From contig NDHX01000010.1 in assembly GCA_013626165.1 (NCBI GenBank), forward strand, positions 1-50,015: a DNA stretch of 50,015 bases, in the 5' to 3' direction. Under the pieces are notes generated by a model. That model was given only the letters and a program-made list of their open reading frames with translations, ran no database searches and had not been told where the DNA came from. The position numbers were made by a program, and so were the translations under genes. Origin of the DNA: Candidatus Velesiimonas alkalicola. GTDB lineage: Bacteria > Omnitrophota > Gorgyraeia > Velesiimonadales > Velesiimonadaceae. Shown one piece after another: positions 47,381 to 50,015 of this stretch. Position 1 is the first letter of the stretch; each line of letters begins with the position of its first letter.

Positions 47381-48012
47381 TAAGACTTGTTATATTTGAT
47401 TTGGATGGGACACTTGTAGATGATTACGAAACAATACAAAAAGCACTAAACTATACATTATTAAAGATTAAGATACCTGAACAGACACTTGATGCGGTTA
47501 AAAAAGATGTTGGACTCGGATTAGAAAATATGCTTTCTAAATTTATCCCCGAGGGAATGATAAAAGATGCTGTTTTGATATACAGGGAAAAATATTCAAA
47601 AATACTTGGCACACATACAAAGGTTCTTCCCTTTGTGGAAGAAACATTGAAAAGATTAAAAGAACTGGGCGTAAAAATAGCGGTTGCAAGCAATAAAACA
47701 GGAAATTTTTCAAGAAAATTGGTTAAAATGTTCCCCATACACAAGCATATTGACCTTGTGCTATGCGGGGATGATGTTCAAAATCACAAGCCAGCCCCTG
47801 AACTCTTACTTCAAATCATAAAATATTTCAATGTCCCGAAGGAAGACACACTTTATGTTGGTGATATGACAATTGATATAGAGACAGGCAAAAATGCAGG
47901 TATAAAAACAATTGCTGTGCTTACGGGTTCAAATGATTTTGAAACACTTAAAAAAAGCAAAGCAGAATATATACATCAGAATATCTCTTGTGTATTACAA
48001 TATATCACATAG
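47377..48012 (+). CDS. HAD family hydrolase (phosphoglycolate phosphatase-like)
   Basis: FDLDGTLVD, SNK, KPAP, YVGDM. Confidence 0.88.
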   Translation: MIRLVIFDLDGTLVDDYETIQKALNYTLLKIKIPEQTLDAVKKDVGLGLENMLSKFIPEGMIKDAVLIYREKYSKILGTHTKVLPFVEETLKRLKELGVKIAVASNKTGNFSRKLVKMFPIHKHIDLVLCGDDVQNHKPAPELLLQIIKYFNVPKEDTLYVGDMTIDIETGKNAGIKTIAVLTGSNDFETLKKSKAEYIHQNISCVLQYIT

Positions 48013-48090
48013 TTCTTACTGAAAAACCCATCAATAAATAGTTTCCATACTTTTTCAACAAAAACTACATAATTAAAAAGAGGAGGTAAA

Positions 48091-49189
48091 ATGGATGAAT
48101 TAACAAAAGAGGCAAAAAAAATTTTAGAACAGATAAAAGAAGCCCGGAGGTATCTTTGACTTAGAGTCTAAACAGGCTCGCATATTAAGTATAGAAGAAC
48201 AGATCTTAAAACAGGATTTCTGGAAAGACAGCCAGGCAGCAACAAAAATCATCCAGGAATTAAAAATACTAAAAACACAGGTTCAACCCTGGGATGAGGT
48301 CCAAAAACAGGCTTCTGATATATTAGAATTTTCTGAAATTGTTGAAAAAAACGAAACTTCTGAAATAGAACAGATCCGAAAAGAACTACAAAGTATTTCA
48401 GAAAAAATAAAAAAGATTGAAACAATCTCACTTTTCACCGCAGAACACGACCACTCAAACGCCTTTCTTACAATACATTCAGGGGCCGGAGGAACAGAGT
48501 CCTGTGATTGGGTATCAATGCTATTGCGTATGTATAAAAGATGGGCTGAGAACAAACAATACAAATCTCAGATTCTTGACTATCTTACAGGAGAATCAGC
48601 GGGCATAAAAAGTGCAACCATACTTATAACAGGTGAATATGCATATGGGAATTTAAGATCCGAAAACGGTGTCCATAGACTTGTTCGCATATCTCCTTTT
48701 GATTCAAATAAAAGAAGGCACACATCGTTTGCCTCTGTGGATGTTATCCCTCAGATAGAAGATGATGTCCCTGTTGAAATAAAAGAAGCGGACTTAAAAA
48801 TAGATGTCTACAGGGCAAGCGGCCCCGGCGGTCAGGGAGTAAATACAACAGACTCTGCTGTTCGTATCACACATATACCAACCAATATTATAGTGCAATG
48901 CCAAAATGAACGTTCCCAATTAAAAAACAAGGCAAGTGCAATGAAAGTTTTAAAGGCAAGAATTTACGAAATAGAGAGAAAAAAGAAAGAAGAAAAGATG
49001 ATAAAACTTCACGGCGTAAAACAAAAAATAGAATGGGGAAGCCAGATTCGTTCTTACATACTTCAACCATATACATTAGTAAAAGACCATAGAACAGATA
49101 TTGAGGTGGGCAACACACAATCTGTCCTTGACGGAGATATAGATATTTTTATTGAAGGCTACCTGAAAAAGATAGTAGATAGAAGATAG
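48091..49189 (+). CDS. prfB: Peptide chain release factor 2 with programmed +1 frameshift (~365 aa)
   Basis: ATG 48091 after AGGAGG; MDELTKEAKKILEQIKEARRYL, then CTT TGA C at 48154-48160 preceded by GGAGG; the +1 frame continues to SGAGGTESCDW, SPF and GGQ motifs. The ORF track shows only the C-terminal part. Confidence 0.95.
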
Positions 49190-49319
49190 TAAGTATGTAG
49201 TAAATAGTAGGTAGGAGGTACTGGAAAAAATGGTGACAGGCAACTGGTGCTCTGGTGCTCCGGAGACTGGTTTTCCAGTTACCGGTTACCAGTTGTCTGT
49301 ATTCTGTTGCCTTAAAAAA

Positions 49320-49676
<357 letters not shown>

Positions 49677-50015
49677 ACAGCGGACGATGTCAGAATTTTC
49701 TTTGAGTAAAATCCAGACGCCGACTGACGCAAAATTGTTTCGCAATTTTGCCAACGACTCACAGGCAAAAATTCCTGGTGGGGATGACACTCAGACCCCC
49801 TTCCTTTTTGCCCGCCCGCATTTGCCCGCTTCGCGGGCGAGCCGCCGATTTTTAGAAAAGAAAAAAGGTAAATGCCCTTGCCCCATCCCTCCCGCCTGCC
49901 CCGTAGTCAGATTTGCTGTACTACTGGGGTGCGCGGGCATTTGAAATTAAACTCCCTAAAAATCTCTTTACATTATGAAAATAATTTTGGTGTGGGGGTT
50001 TTCGATTGTGATTAC

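Noticed and set aside
49687-49944. 85 aa ORF after the tRNA-Ala duplicate
   Set aside because: Low-complexity, Pro-rich and without motif or RBS; more likely non-coding element DNA.
50010-50015. GATTAC at the window edge as a third GATTACACAGATT element
   Set aside because: Only 6 bp are visible, which is not enough to support the call.

Overview
AT-rich bacterial chromosome segment. lptB/lptC/kdsC indicate a diderm; an Omnitrophota/PVC-like lineage is only my impression. The backbone is housekeeping: trpEGD, argDFG, rlmB-tRNA-Met-tilS-tRNA-Leu, LMW-PTP-rpiB-glyA-dCMP deaminase, an archaeal-type thyA, a kdsC-lptC-lptB-hpf-ptsN-yvcK-GH57-ptsH-ptsI operon lacking rpoN, serS, guaA, glmM, trxB, nth, pyrE, a frameshifted prfB and tRNA-Ala. 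Accessory DNA comprises two restriction-modification pairs (the first joined to the trpD stop codon by an attC-like GTT junction) and a decayed DUF4258/YgiT toxin-antitoxin-like pair. The most unusual layer is a set of tiny, enzyme-free mobile or repeat elements: tRNA 3'-duplicating mini-elements with the same architecture at two different tRNAs, a ~650 bp unit bounded by 38 bp perfect inverted repeats that carries a captured redoxin gene fragment, nested bulged palindromes, GC-rich palindromes read in frame inside GH57 and glmM, GATTACACAGATT hairpins, and heptamer-repeat arms. No CRISPR array, rRNA, intact transposase or integrase was seen. All product calls come from motif recognition by eye; no database searches were run.
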